From: Lutibacter sp. | GTDB taxonomy: Bacteria > Bacteroidota > Bacteroidia > Flavobacteriales > Flavobacteriaceae | Direction of reading: 5' to 3' | NCBI GenBank assembly: GCA_030590985.1 | Contig: JAUVBX010000001.1 | Location: 1 to 52,839 of the forward strand | Length of the DNA: 52,839 nucleotides | In this document: one piece after another, positions 1 to 9,659 of the stretch | Position numbering within the stretch: position 1 is the first letter of the stretch | Layout of the letters: each line of letters begins with the position of its first letter | Made by a program: the position numbers and the translations under genes | The notes under the pieces: model-generated | What the model was told of the DNA's origin: nothing | What the model saw: only the letters and a program-made list of their open reading frames with translations | Databases searched by the model: none

Positions 1-2886
1 AGGATAAGAGTATTCATAAATAATACCCCAAGAGTTTATAGTTCCAGTATCCCCACCAAATTGATCAGCCACAAATAATGTCCAAATACCCATAGTGGTT
101 TCACCGTCAAAAGCAGACAATGCTTCTGCAGCAGGAGTTCCTTCATCATCCCAAGTTACTATAACGTCAGCAGCAGAGTCACCAATGTTGGCTACTTTTA
201 ATACTACAGTAGTTCCAGTAGGAGATGTAAGCGTAATATCTAAGTCACCTCTCCAAGTATGTGAAATATTCATGTCAACATTAAGGTCAGTTAATGTGAA
301 ATCATCCATTACTTCTATAGTAGTTGTTACTCCAGCAGGATTAGCATCTGGAATTGCAAGAGCAGGGCTATCAGAAGCCATATCAGCACCGAAAAGAAGT
401 GGATCAGGACCACAAACAAGTACTGGAGCAGTTTGGTCTGAAACAATAATAGCTGTTGAACAAGAACTTGTATTTCCTGAATTGTCAGTTACAAATACTT
501 CTACATTAGATTCCCCAATATCCGAACAGTCAAATGTAAACACAGTAGGATCTAAAGGCCCTACAGAATAGATTATATTGCCTTCAAATACACGTGGAGC
601 AAAAGTTGTTCCTGTGAAATCATCAGCTTTAGCAGAACCTTCAAGTAATTCAATGTTATCATCAGAAGAAACTACATTTCCAACTGCAGTACCATTGTGA
701 TAGTTAAATCCACCTCCTATTGGAGAAACAAAGAAAGCATGTATTTCACCAGCAGGAATTACGTAGTCTAATGTTAAGTTAAGAGGAGTTGTTGCTCCAT
801 CACCGTTAGAAACGATTCCAAAAGCTGTATCGATAAGTGTCCAGTTACCTGGAGAGCCTTCAGAACCTACATGAGTACCTGATTTTGCATATACTTCTAC
901 ATCAAAAGTAAGACCTATATCACCGTGTACATCAAATGATGAAATAACTACTTCGTTAGTCGCTACTATGTCAAACATATTTCCGAAATTCCCATTACCT
1001 CCGACTAAAGGAGAAGCTAATGTTGCCTCAGTGCTTCCTGCGCCATTTGAGATGGTGTAACCACAAGCTTCATCTATACTATTGATAAAAGTAGATACCG
1101 GAATAGTTGCAGTACCATCAGCATCTAATACTACTTCGTAAGGAGGTAATATAACAGGTGCATTTATTGTTTGACCCACATTTAAAGAACCAGGCGATTC
1201 AGGTAATGGATTGTTCCAGGTAAAATCTGCATAGAAAGAACCTGTACCTGTAAGTTGTAATGATTCTCCTATTTGTGTTCCAGAGGATTCTGCTACACCA
1301 ATATCTTCGGAAGTCATACCATTAGCTGGACCATCAACAGCAGTAAATGAACCTTCATAGCTTAAAAACTGAACAACAGTATTAGTGTCATCAATTAAAG
1401 CAATACCATCAGGTGCACCATTTTGTAATCCGTTTGTTGGGTAACTAAAAAAGAGTGTTCCAAAGCCATTATCTTGATCTGGTAAAGTGCCACTCAAAAT
1501 AGTAGTGTTATATGACGTACCATTATTACCATTATAGGCAACAAGAGCCCAATCTGTCAGATCTGTTCCTGCAGGACCCGCTATTTCAATAAATTCATTT
1601 ACATCTATTGATGCGTTGTCATAATGAAGTTCATTGACAAACACTTCAATTCCAGAAGGCACTCCAATACAATTTACGATTGGTGCAATATCATCTATAA
1701 CTGTTACGGTAGCTGTACAACTATCTGTATTACCAGAAGCGTCTGTAATAGTAAGTGTTACGGTATTTTCACCGACATTACTACAATCAAAAGAACTCAT
1801 ATTTAATGATAAAATAAAGCCAGAACAGTTATCAGTAGAACCTGTATCGATATCAGCAGGTGTAATAGAAGCCATACCACTTGCACTCAGTTCTACCGTA
1901 AGATCTTGGCACATAACCACAGGGTCTTCCACATCATTTACAGTTACAGTAAATTGACAAGAAACAATATTTCCATCGCTATCAGTAGTAGAAAATTCTA
2001 CAATAGTATCCCCAACAGGGAACATACTACCACTGGCAGGTCCAGCAGTTTGTGTAGTAGGTAAAGTACCGTCTTCTACATCAATAGCAGAAGCATCGGC
2101 AAAAAATACTGCCGCTTCGCATACACCTGGCTCTGAATCTGCCACTACGTCTGCAGGACAGGAAATAATAGGAGCGTTACCAATAACAGGTATGTATATG
2201 GAAAAGACACTGGTGTCAATAGGAAGAATAAGCTCACCATTACTAATAGCATTAAACCAGTTCGCATTATCCCCCAGCAATGGCAGATAATCTGCAAAGC
2301 TTGATTCTCCACTACGCATACCTTGATATGCACCTCCATCAGGACTGCCTGAAAAGAAGAAATTAATAAAAGTTGAGCCTACTGTAAGACCAGTTGCAGC
2401 AAAATTAGCGCCTTCATTGCCAGCCTCATTTTGAATACCAGCTAACCAAGCAGTAATGTTATCTCCATCTGGACTGCCCTCTACACAATACAAAGCATCT
2501 CCACTTGAAGATAAATACATGTTCGAATCAAATGCAGGAACTGATAAAGTACCTAGAGATGCACCAAAATTTTGGTTATTTGCAGAATCAGTATCTGTAA
2601 AAACAACTATAGTACCAGCACTGATCACATATGTACCTGAATCCCACTGAAGGCTTCCTTCATAGAAATCTTGAAAGCCATTACCTGCGGCATTAGGTTC
2701 GTTATCGGTGAAATACAAGGTTGTGTTGGCAGGTATGTCAACTAGTGCCACAATGGCAAAATCATCATCACCATCAGCATTGAACGCTGTGAAAGCAACA
2801 TCGCCAGCAGTGAGCTGCGCCATGACATTTGCAGACAGCAATATCATTAATATGCTGTTTAATACATAAAATAATCTTTTTTTCAT
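1..2886 (-). CDS. Large secreted cell-surface/adhesin-like protein, N-terminal 962 aa only (C-terminus lies beyond the left window edge). Contains HYR/SprB-type Ig-like repeats, a lamin-tail-like (ExeM/NucH N-terminal type) region and a proprotein-convertase P-domain.
   Basis: Not in the supplied ORF track because there is no stop inside the window. Hand translation of the minus strand from the ATG at 2886..2884 gives 962 sense codons and no stop down to nt 1. Start: MKKRLFYVLNSILMILLSANVMAQ (signal peptide). HYR-like: CPADVVADSEPGVCEAAVFF...DSDGNIVSCQFTVTVNDVEDP. LTD-like: VFVNELHYDNASIDVNEFIEIAGPAGTDLTDWALVAYNGNNG...VQFLSYEGSFTAVDGPANG. P-domain: ISHTWRGDLDITLTSPTGTTVVL...GIWTLFVADQFGGDTGTINSWGI. 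Confidence 0.9.
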   Translation of the reverse strand, partial: MKKRLFYVLNSILMILLSANVMAQLTAGDVAFTAFNADGDDDFAIVALVDIPANTTLYFTDNEPNAAGNGFQDFYEGSLQWDSGTYVISAGTIVVFTDTDSANNQNFGASLGTLSVPAFDSNMYLSSSGDALYCVEGSPDGDNITAWLAGIQNEAGNEGANFAATGLTVGSTFINFFFSGSPDGGAYQGMRSGESSFADYLPLLGDNANWFNAISNGELILPIDTSVFSIYIPVIGNAPIISCPADVVADSEPGVCEAAVFFADASAIDVEDGTLPTTQTAGPASGSMFPVGDTIVEFSTTDSDGNIVSCQFTVTVNDVEDPVVMCQDLTVELSASGMASITPADIDTGSTDNCSGFILSLNMSSFDCSNVGENTVTLTITDASGNTDSCTATVTVIDDIAPIVNCIGVPSGIEVFVNELHYDNASIDVNEFIEIAGPAGTDLTDWALVAYNGNNGTSYNTTILSGTLPDQDNGFGTLFFSYPTNGLQNGAPDGIALIDDTNTVVQFLSYEGSFTAVDGPANGMTSEDIGVAESSGTQIGESLQLTGTGSFYADFTWNNPLPESPGSLNVGQTINAPVILPPYEVVLDADGTATIPVSTFINSIDEACGYTISNGAGSTEATLASPLVGGNGNFGNMFDIVATNEVVISSFDVHGDIGLTFDVEVYAKSGTHVGSEGSPGNWTLIDTAFGIVSNGDGATTPLNLTLDYVIPAGEIHAFFVSPIGGGFNYHNGTAVGNVVSSDDNIELLEGSAKADDFTGTTFAPRVFEGNIIYSVGPLDPTVFTFDCSDIGESNVEVFVTDNSGNTSSCSTAIIVSDQTAPVLVCGPDPLLFGADMASDSPALAIPDANPAGVTTTIEVMDDFTLTDLNVDMNISHTWRGDLDITLTSPTGTTVVLKVANIGDSAADVIVTWDDEGTPAAEALSAFDGETTMGIWTLFVADQFGGDTGTINSWGIIYEYSYP

Positions 2887-3058
2887 AATGTAATAAATAT
2901 TTAAGTTAATAAAAATTAAACCTCAAATGTACGTATTTTACCTTTATTAATAAACAACTTATATTAATTTAACTATGAGGTTTTATTGTTTACATTTAAA
3001 CATAATATTAAATATTTCAAAATTGACATTTAACAGGTTTTAGAGAAATTTGTCATTG

Positions 3059-3066
3059 TAATTTTG
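3059..3066 (+). promoter_or_regulatory. Bacteroidota-type -7 promoter box (TAnnTTTG)
   Basis: TAATTTTG, 23 nt upstream of the ATG at 3090. Motif match only. Confidence 0.35.
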
Positions 3067-3089
3067 CAGAAAATTAAAGATAAGCATAT

Positions 3090-4361
3090 ATGTATCAATC
3101 AAAGACACCAGAAGAGGCAGTAAAAGTTATAAAATCTAACGATCGAGTGTATATACAAATGGGAGCTGCTCCGCCTCAAGCACTTATCAAGGCAATGACG
3201 GCACGTCACGAGGAACTACGAAATGTGGAAGTCTGCCATTTGCATTTAGAAGGTGAAGCACCTTATGCAAATCCTGTACTTAAAGATAGTTTTCATGTGA
3301 ATTCGTTTTTTATTGGAGGAAATGTTCGGCATACATTAACAGCAGGCAATGGCTCATATACTCCCGTGTTTTTAAGTGAATTACCACTTTTATTTAAAAA
3401 TGGAATTGTTCCTTTAGATATAGCACTTATCCAAGTCTCACCTCCTGATAAACATGGCTATTGTTCATTAGGAGTTACTATCGGCGCTACTATAGCTGCT
3501 ATTGAATCGGCAAAACATGTAATAGCTCAGATTAATCCGAAAATGCCTCGAACACATGGAGCTGGGATTATTCATATTTCTGAATTAAACACCTTTGTAG
3601 AAGTAGATGAGCCAATTTTAGAACATCATGTAGGTATTCCATCTGAAGTTGAACAGAAAATAGGTGATTATATTGCGGAATTAATTGAAGATAGAAGTAC
3701 ACTGCAAATGGGTGTTGGAAATATTCCTAATGCGGTATTATCACGTTTAGGAAACCACAAAGATTTAGGTTTACATACTGAGATGTTTTCTGACGGTGTG
3801 ATCGACTTAATTTTAAAAGATGTTATTAATGGAAACTACAAGGAGATTAGCCGAGGTCGTGCTATGGCTACTTTTTTAATGGGTTCTAAACGATTGTATG
3901 ACTATGTAGATGATAATCCATTTGTAGAAATGCGTGAAGCTGATTTTGTTAACGATGTATATATAATTAGGCAAAATCCGAGAATGGTAGCTATTAATTC
4001 TGCTATTGAAGTTGATTTGTCAGGGCAAGTATGTGCTGATTCGATAGGTACTCGTATGTATAGTGGGGTAGGTGGTCAGATGGATTTTATTCGTGGTGCT
4101 TCTTTAAGTGAAGGCGGTAAAGCTATTATTGCCTTACCAGCAACAACGCAGAAAGGAATTAGCCGTATTGTACCTTTTTTAAAACCAGGATCTGGGGTAG
4201 TGACTACGAGAGCACATGTACACTATGTAGTGACTGAATATGGTGTCGCTAATTTGTATGGAAAGACCATTAAACAACGTGTAGAGGCACTAGCAAAAAT
4301 TGCACATCCAGATTTTAGAGAACAAATTGTACGAGATTATTTTGAGAAGAAAACGGGATAA
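3090..4361 (+). CDS. Acetyl-CoA hydrolase/transferase family protein (4-hydroxybutyrate / succinyl-CoA:acetate CoA-transferase-like)
   Basis: 423-aa ORF. Family-typical segments: GLHTEMFSDG and YSGVGGQMDFIRGA, plus the C-terminal VTTRAHVHYVVTEYG. Confidence 0.85.
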   Translation: MYQSKTPEEAVKVIKSNDRVYIQMGAAPPQALIKAMTARHEELRNVEVCHLHLEGEAPYANPVLKDSFHVNSFFIGGNVRHTLTAGNGSYTPVFLSELPLLFKNGIVPLDIALIQVSPPDKHGYCSLGVTIGATIAAIESAKHVIAQINPKMPRTHGAGIIHISELNTFVEVDEPILEHHVGIPSEVEQKIGDYIAELIEDRSTLQMGVGNIPNAVLSRLGNHKDLGLHTEMFSDGVIDLILKDVINGNYKEISRGRAMATFLMGSKRLYDYVDDNPFVEMREADFVNDVYIIRQNPRMVAINSAIEVDLSGQVCADSIGTRMYSGVGGQMDFIRGASLSEGGKAIIALPATTQKGISRIVPFLKPGSGVVTTRAHVHYVVTEYGVANLYGKTIKQRVEALAKIAHPDFREQIVRDYFEKKTG

Positions 4362-4464
4362 TATAATGTACTAAAGAAACGACATTTACTTATGTAAGCT
4401 TATCACTTTCATATTTAGTATTATTCAATTAAACTCCTCAAGTTTATTATAGGCTTAATGGTTT

Positions 4465-5277
4465 TTATTTTTCCCATTCATCATTAAAAAAATCTAGGAC
4501 GATATCTGAAAAAATCGAAGACCATCTAGATTTCCACATTGGTGGAATGTGTTTTCCATTTGGTAAAATCCATAAGTAAGAATTTGGAATTGACTTATAC
4601 ATTTCGACTGGAATATCAATGGGAAAATATTCATCACGATCACCTTGTATTATTAAAACAGGGCATTTAATTTTTGCCAAATGATCTGGAGTGAAGTTCA
4701 TATCATCGTACACATTGGATAACTCATTAAACTGATATATTAACTCCTTAATTTGTTCTTCCCCGCGACTTACATGCTTATTCATCCATTTGTATTTTTC
4801 CCAATCAGCAACTTTATAACTAAGCATTCCCGTTCGACATTCTTCCGGATAGTAGGAAGTAGCACCAATTAACACCATTGATTTAATTCTTAGGGTATCC
4901 ATGGTTGCCATATGTATCAGGGTCATTCCTCCAGTAGATGTGCCCAATGCTTTAAATTCTTTAATCTTTAAATGATCCATCAAAGCATAAATATCTTCAG
5001 CTACATCCTTGTGTCTAAATACTTTTTTTGGGTTAGTCGACTTACCATGACCTCTTAAATCGGGTAATATAACTTGATATTTTTCTGACCATACATCTAT
5101 CCAGCGATTATAAATTTTAGTACTACCCATGAACCAATGTAGAACAAGCAAGGGTTCTCCTTCACCATATATTTCGTAATAAATATTAGCTCCATTTAAT
5201 TCAACCGTATTGCTTTTTTGGCTATAAATAGCAAGAAAGGCAAGATTGAAAGCTAATAAGATTAAAATTTTTTTCAT
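4465..5277 (-). CDS. Secreted alpha/beta-fold hydrolase
   Basis: 270 aa. N-terminal signal peptide (MKKILILLAFNLAFLAIYSQ), nucleophile elbow GTSTGG (GxSxG), and a late D...H (QGDRDE...NGKHIP) as in alpha/beta hydrolases. Confidence 0.8.
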   Translation of the reverse strand: MKKILILLAFNLAFLAIYSQKSNTVELNGANIYYEIYGEGEPLLVLHWFMGSTKIYNRWIDVWSEKYQVILPDLRGHGKSTNPKKVFRHKDVAEDIYALMDHLKIKEFKALGTSTGGMTLIHMATMDTLRIKSMVLIGATSYYPEECRTGMLSYKVADWEKYKWMNKHVSRGEEQIKELIYQFNELSNVYDDMNFTPDHLAKIKCPVLIIQGDRDEYFPIDIPVEMYKSIPNSYLWILPNGKHIPPMWKSRWSSIFSDIVLDFFNDEWEK

Positions 5278-5381
5278 AATGAATTTCTTTAATTCAATTG
5301 ATTTTTAATGAATTGTGTAAACATGCATTAATTGTGCTCAAACTCCTAAACTTTTTATTAGAAAATTATAAACTATATATT

Positions 5382-5906
5382 TTACTCTAAATAAGAATGT
5401 TTGTATCCCACTTCTCGTACTATATTTAAAAAATCTTTTTCTAAAGTTTCACGTGGGTATTCAACAAAACGGTTGAGTTCATGACCATTTTTGTAAAAAA
5501 CAAAAGTGGGTACACGTTCGATATCAAGTCCTTCTTGTTCATTATTTGTTGAAGTTTTACTACGATCTACACAAATCATCTGTAAATTATTATAATCAAA
5601 ATCTATTGCATCTAACAATTTATAAAAAACAGGTGTTTCTCTACGACTATCTCCACACCAAGTTCCCATTACGGCTTTTATTTTTACACCTTTTAATAAA
5701 GCTTTTAATTGATTGGCAACCTCCACATCAATAGTATAATCATTGTACTCTTCAGCAAACCACTCTTTGAAGGGTTCTTTTTCAAAATCAGATTTTTGTG
5801 CAATACCTACCAAATACCCATCTTGATCTATCGTAGCCGTATGTACTTGTTTTGTGGCTTTACAAGCCACTAAGTTTATCGCTAAAAAAATAAAAAGTAT
5901 TCTCAT
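5382..5906 (-). CDS. Thioredoxin-fold lipoprotein with a monothiol CxxS motif
   Basis: 174 aa. Lipobox LVAC. Thioredoxin-like GTWCGDSRRETP motif, where the second Cys is replaced by Ser. Confidence 0.75.
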   Translation of the reverse strand: MRILFIFLAINLVACKATKQVHTATIDQDGYLVGIAQKSDFEKEPFKEWFAEEYNDYTIDVEVANQLKALLKGVKIKAVMGTWCGDSRRETPVFYKLLDAIDFDYNNLQMICVDRSKTSTNNEQEGLDIERVPTFVFYKNGHELNRFVEYPRETLEKDFLNIVREVGYKHSYLE

Positions 5907-6088
5907 GATTTTCTAGTTTATTATTCAAATATTGAGCTAATAATTATCTTAAAAGTAAATTTATATCAATTCGAGCATAGTCAAGAATTTTTTGTTTTAG
6001 GTATACAAAGTATTATATTTCTTAACTGTGCTCGAAAAGACAGTTTTAATGATATTTCAAACCGGTTTAAATTATTAATCAATTATTG

Positions 6089-7216
6089 TTATTCTAATAC
6101 AAAAATATTTTTTTCTGCACAGATTTTTTTCAATTCATCTGGCCATATTGAAACGGTGACTTCTCCTAGATGTGCCGATCTTAAAAGATACATATAAGTT
6201 CGTGATTGACCAATGCCACCACCAATACTTAATGGAATATCATCATTTAATATTGCCTTATGATACGGTAATTCTAAGTAATCTAATTGTCCAGAGATTT
6301 TTAATTGAGCTTTTAATGTTTCTTTGGTTACTCTTACTCCCATAGATGTTAATTCGTGTCTTCTTTTCGTTACAGGATTCCAAACCAAAATATCTCCATT
6401 TAGTCCATACATTTGCTCTCCATTTTTATTAATAGTAGGTGTAATCCAATCATCATAATCTGCTGCACGCATTTCGTGTGGATAGCCATCTTTTAATACT
6501 TTACCAATACCAATAATAAAAACAGCAGGATATTTTTGAATAAGTTTGGTTTCTCGTTGTTTTCTTGGCAGATCAGGATACATAGCAAGGATTTCTTCAG
6601 CATGTATAAATTTTAGTTCTTTAGGGAAATCAGGAAATCTAGGATCGTTTAACTCGGGAAACTTTTCTCTCACCATGACACCTGCTCCTCTTATAACTTT
6701 CCATATTCTTTTTACAGTATCGATTAAATAGTCAAGATTTCTTTCTTTTTCTGTAATTCTTTTCTCCCAATCCCATTGATCCACGTAAGAAGAATGATCA
6801 TGGTCTAAAAAGTAGTCTTTTCTAACAGCTCTCATGTCCGTATTTATACCTTGTCCTATAGCACAGTCAAATTGTGCTAGTGCCATTCTTTTCCATTTGG
6901 TAGCAGCTTGTACTACCTGAGCTTCAATTCTTTTTGGCAAGCCTAAACCTGCAGGGAAATCAATAGGAGTTCTTGAGCCATCTCTATCAAGATAATCGTT
7001 TACACCACTAGCTTTACTTACAATAAGTGGTACTTGTACCATTTGGAGGTTTAGAGCCTCCGCAAGGCCTTTTTCTATGTACTCTTTGATCATGTATAGT
7101 GCTTCCATTCTTTTTAAAGGTGGTAATAAAGCTTGATAATCGTTAGGAAGAATTTTACTTACCTCTTCGTAAGTGCTAATTCCGGGTCCTGCCAAATCTG
7201 ATTTTTTGTCGTACAT
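6089..7216 (-). CDS. asnA: Aspartate--ammonia ligase (asparagine synthetase A)
   Basis: 375 aa, collinear by eye with E. coli AsnA: VDQWDWEK, HAEE..YPDL, GDILVWNP, GGGIGQSR. Starts at ATG. About 40 aa longer at the N-terminus than E. coli AsnA. Confidence 0.92.
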   Translation of the reverse strand: MYDKKSDLAGPGISTYEEVSKILPNDYQALLPPLKRMEALYMIKEYIEKGLAEALNLQMVQVPLIVSKASGVNDYLDRDGSRTPIDFPAGLGLPKRIEAQVVQAATKWKRMALAQFDCAIGQGINTDMRAVRKDYFLDHDHSSYVDQWDWEKRITEKERNLDYLIDTVKRIWKVIRGAGVMVREKFPELNDPRFPDFPKELKFIHAEEILAMYPDLPRKQRETKLIQKYPAVFIIGIGKVLKDGYPHEMRAADYDDWITPTINKNGEQMYGLNGDILVWNPVTKRRHELTSMGVRVTKETLKAQLKISGQLDYLELPYHKAILNDDIPLSIGGGIGQSRTYMYLLRSAHLGEVTVSIWPDELKKICAEKNIFVLE

Positions 7217-7381
7217 AAGTATTGGATTTAGAATTAAAAAAAATAATGTAGCTAAGATAATGAAATTCAGCTAATAAAGCAATACTAAATAGACACTTGA
7301 TGACAAGATACATACAATATTTTTTAATAATTTTTATATATGAACTTTGCATTCTTAATTATCTTTATATTTTTGCCTAGA

Positions 7382-8359
7382 ATGAAGCCTGTCGAAAAAA
7401 TAAAAACACCCATTCGTAAGGAAATGGAACTCTTTGAAAAAAAGTTTAAAGAGTCTATGCGAACCAAAGTCCCTTTACTTAATAGGATAATGGACTATGT
7501 AGTGCGTCGTAAAGGAAAACAAATGCGACCTATGTTTGTTTTTTTAACTGCAAAAATGGTTTCAAATGGTGATTTTAGTGAACGTACATATCGAGGAGCA
7601 TCAATTATTGAATTGATACATACTGCAACTTTGGTGCATGATGATGTAGTTGATGATAGTAATAGACGTCGTGGTTTTTTTTCTATCAATGCACTTTGGA
7701 AGAATAAAATTGCTGTATTAGTAGGAGATTTTTTATTATCAAAAGGGGTTCTATTATCTGTTGATAATAATGATTTTGATATTTTAAAACTTATCTCAAC
7801 AGCTGTCAGAGAAATGAGTGAAGGAGAGTTATTACAAATTGAAAAAGCACGACACCTAGATATAACAGAAGTTGTTTATTTTGAGATTATTAAAAGAAAA
7901 ACAGCTTCATTAATTGCTTCATGCACCGCTATTGGTGCCGCTTCGGTTGGAGCAGATGAAGAAACGATAGAGAAAATGCGCATATTTGGAGAAACGATTG
8001 GTTTAGCCTTTCAAATTAAAGATGATTTATTTGATTATACGGATGATAAAATTGGGAAACCTACAGGCATTGACATCAAGGAACAAAAGATGACTCTACC
8101 GCTTATTTATACGCTTAATAATTGTAGTGAAAAAGAAAAAAAATGGTTGATTAATTCTGTGAAAAATCATAACAAGAACAAAAAACGAGTGAAGGAAGTT
8201 ATACAGTTTGTCAAAGACTCTGGAGGGATAGAATATACCCAAAAGAAAATGAAAAACTATCAGCAACAGGCATTAATTCTTTTAGATGATTATCCGGAAT
8301 CAGATTATAAGACAGCACTGATTGACATGCTTAGTTATGTTATAGATCGTAAGATTTAA
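7382..8359 (+). CDS. Polyprenyl diphosphate synthase (IspB/octaprenyl-type, trans-prenyltransferase)
   Basis: Two Asp-rich motifs, LVHDDVVDD and FQIKDDLFD. The track ORF starts at 7340, but I recall homologues starting like MKPVEKIKTPI, so I prefer the ATG at 7382 (325 aa). Start is uncertain. Confidence 0.88.
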   Translation: MKPVEKIKTPIRKEMELFEKKFKESMRTKVPLLNRIMDYVVRRKGKQMRPMFVFLTAKMVSNGDFSERTYRGASIIELIHTATLVHDDVVDDSNRRRGFFSINALWKNKIAVLVGDFLLSKGVLLSVDNNDFDILKLISTAVREMSEGELLQIEKARHLDITEVVYFEIIKRKTASLIASCTAIGAASVGADEETIEKMRIFGETIGLAFQIKDDLFDYTDDKIGKPTGIDIKEQKMTLPLIYTLNNCSEKEKKWLINSVKNHNKNKKRVKEVIQFVKDSGGIEYTQKKMKNYQQQALILLDDYPESDYKTALIDMLSYVIDRKI

Positions 8360-8360
8360 G

Positions 8361-9659
8361 ATGACACGAGTAGTTAAAAAAATAGCAGTAATAAATATTT
8401 TAGAATTCAGTCAGCAACTTCTACAATGGTCACAATCCTATGAAACACATTTGTGGTTAGACAGCAATCGATACCCTCAAAAATATTCTTCGTTTGACAA
8501 AGTATTGGCTGTAGATGTAATTTCTGAATTGAAAATAGATTTTCATAATGCATTTGAAAAATTAGATCAGTATCAGAAGCAAACAAAAGACTATTTATTT
8601 GGATATTTAAGTTACGATTTAAAAAATGACACAGAATATTTAGAATCTAAGAATCACGATGAATTAGACTTCCCAGAATTATATTTTTTTCAACCAAAAA
8701 AACTATTTTTCATCTATAATGATTATGTAGAGTTGCACTACGATGGGAGTTGTAAGGATGAGATGAAAAAAGATTTAGAATGTATTTTTGATATCGTTAT
8801 TCCAATTGATCAAGAGGTAAAAAACAGTAGAATTAAACAGCGTATTCCTAAAAAGGAATATTACCAAAAAATCAACAAAATACAACAGCATATACAAAGA
8901 GGTGATACGTATGAAATTAACTTTTGCATGGAGTATTATACAGAAAATATACTTATCAATCCATTGGTTGTTTATAATAGATTAAATGCAATTTCTACAC
9001 CTCCTTTTGCTTGTTATTTTAGAAATAAGGAACATTATCTGATATCAGCTTCACCTGAGCGTTTTGTGCGAAAAGAAGGACAGAAACTTATTTCACAACC
9101 AATAAAAGGGACAATTAAGAAAGGGAATAATCAGAAGGAAGACTTAGACTTAATAAATCAGTTAAAAAATGATTCTAAAGAACAATCAGAAAATATTATG
9201 ATTGTGGATTTGGTTCGCAACGATTTGTCTAAAACAGCGATGAAAAACAGTGTGAAAGTTGAAGAACTTTGTGAGGTATATTCTTTTAAACAAGTTCATC
9301 AGCTGATTTCTACAGTGACATCTACTGCTAAAAAAGAAATAAGTCCTGTTCATATTATAAAAAGTTTATTTCCTATGGGAAGTATGACAGGAGCACCTAA
9401 AATTTCAACGATGAAAATTATTGAGAATTTAGAAGAAAGTAAAAGAGGGTTGTATTCTGGTGCAGTTGGTTATTTTACCCCAAATGGAAATTTTGATTTT
9501 AATGTTGTTATACGTAGTATTTTGTATAATGCACAAAAAAAATATGTCTCATTTTCGGTAGGCGGTGCCATAACAGCCAAATCAAATTCTGTTAATGAAT
9601 ATGAAGAATGTCAACTCAAAGCTGCTGCTATGAAAAAAGTTTTGGGAGTAATTAATTAG
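8361..9659 (+). CDS. pabB: Aminodeoxychorismate synthase component I
   Basis: 432 aa chorismate-binding enzyme: SPERF, PIKGT (the Lys-containing form typical of PabB rather than TrpE), FPMGSMTGAPK, RGLYSGAVGY. Starts 1 nt after the polyprenyl synthase stop. Confidence 0.85.
   Translation: MTRVVKKIAVINILEFSQQLLQWSQSYETHLWLDSNRYPQKYSSFDKVLAVDVISELKIDFHNAFEKLDQYQKQTKDYLFGYLSYDLKNDTEYLESKNHDELDFPELYFFQPKKLFFIYNDYVELHYDGSCKDEMKKDLECIFDIVIPIDQEVKNSRIKQRIPKKEYYQKINKIQQHIQRGDTYEINFCMEYYTENILINPLVVYNRLNAISTPPFACYFRNKEHYLISASPERFVRKEGQKLISQPIKGTIKKGNNQKEDLDLINQLKNDSKEQSENIMIVDLVRNDLSKTAMKNSVKVEELCEVYSFKQVHQLISTVTSTAKKEISPVHIIKSLFPMGSMTGAPKISTMKIIENLEESKRGLYSGAVGYFTPNGNFDFNVVIRSILYNAQKKYVSFSVGGAITAKSNSVNEYEECQLKAAAMKKVLGVIN

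Noticed and set aside
95-2650. Track ORFs 95..571(+), 1624..1806(+), 1634..1957(+), 2145..2339(-) and 2456..2650(+)
   Set aside because: All lie inside the 962-codon minus-strand gene (1..2886), which has coherent domain motifs. Their Ser/Thr/Val-rich low-complexity translations are typical antisense or off-frame shadows.
5970-6036. 8-bp inverted repeat TTCGAGCA ... TGCTCGAA downstream of asnA
   Set aside because: The 51-nt spacer and lack of a T-run make a terminator unlikely. There is no second copy in the window to suggest a repeat element.
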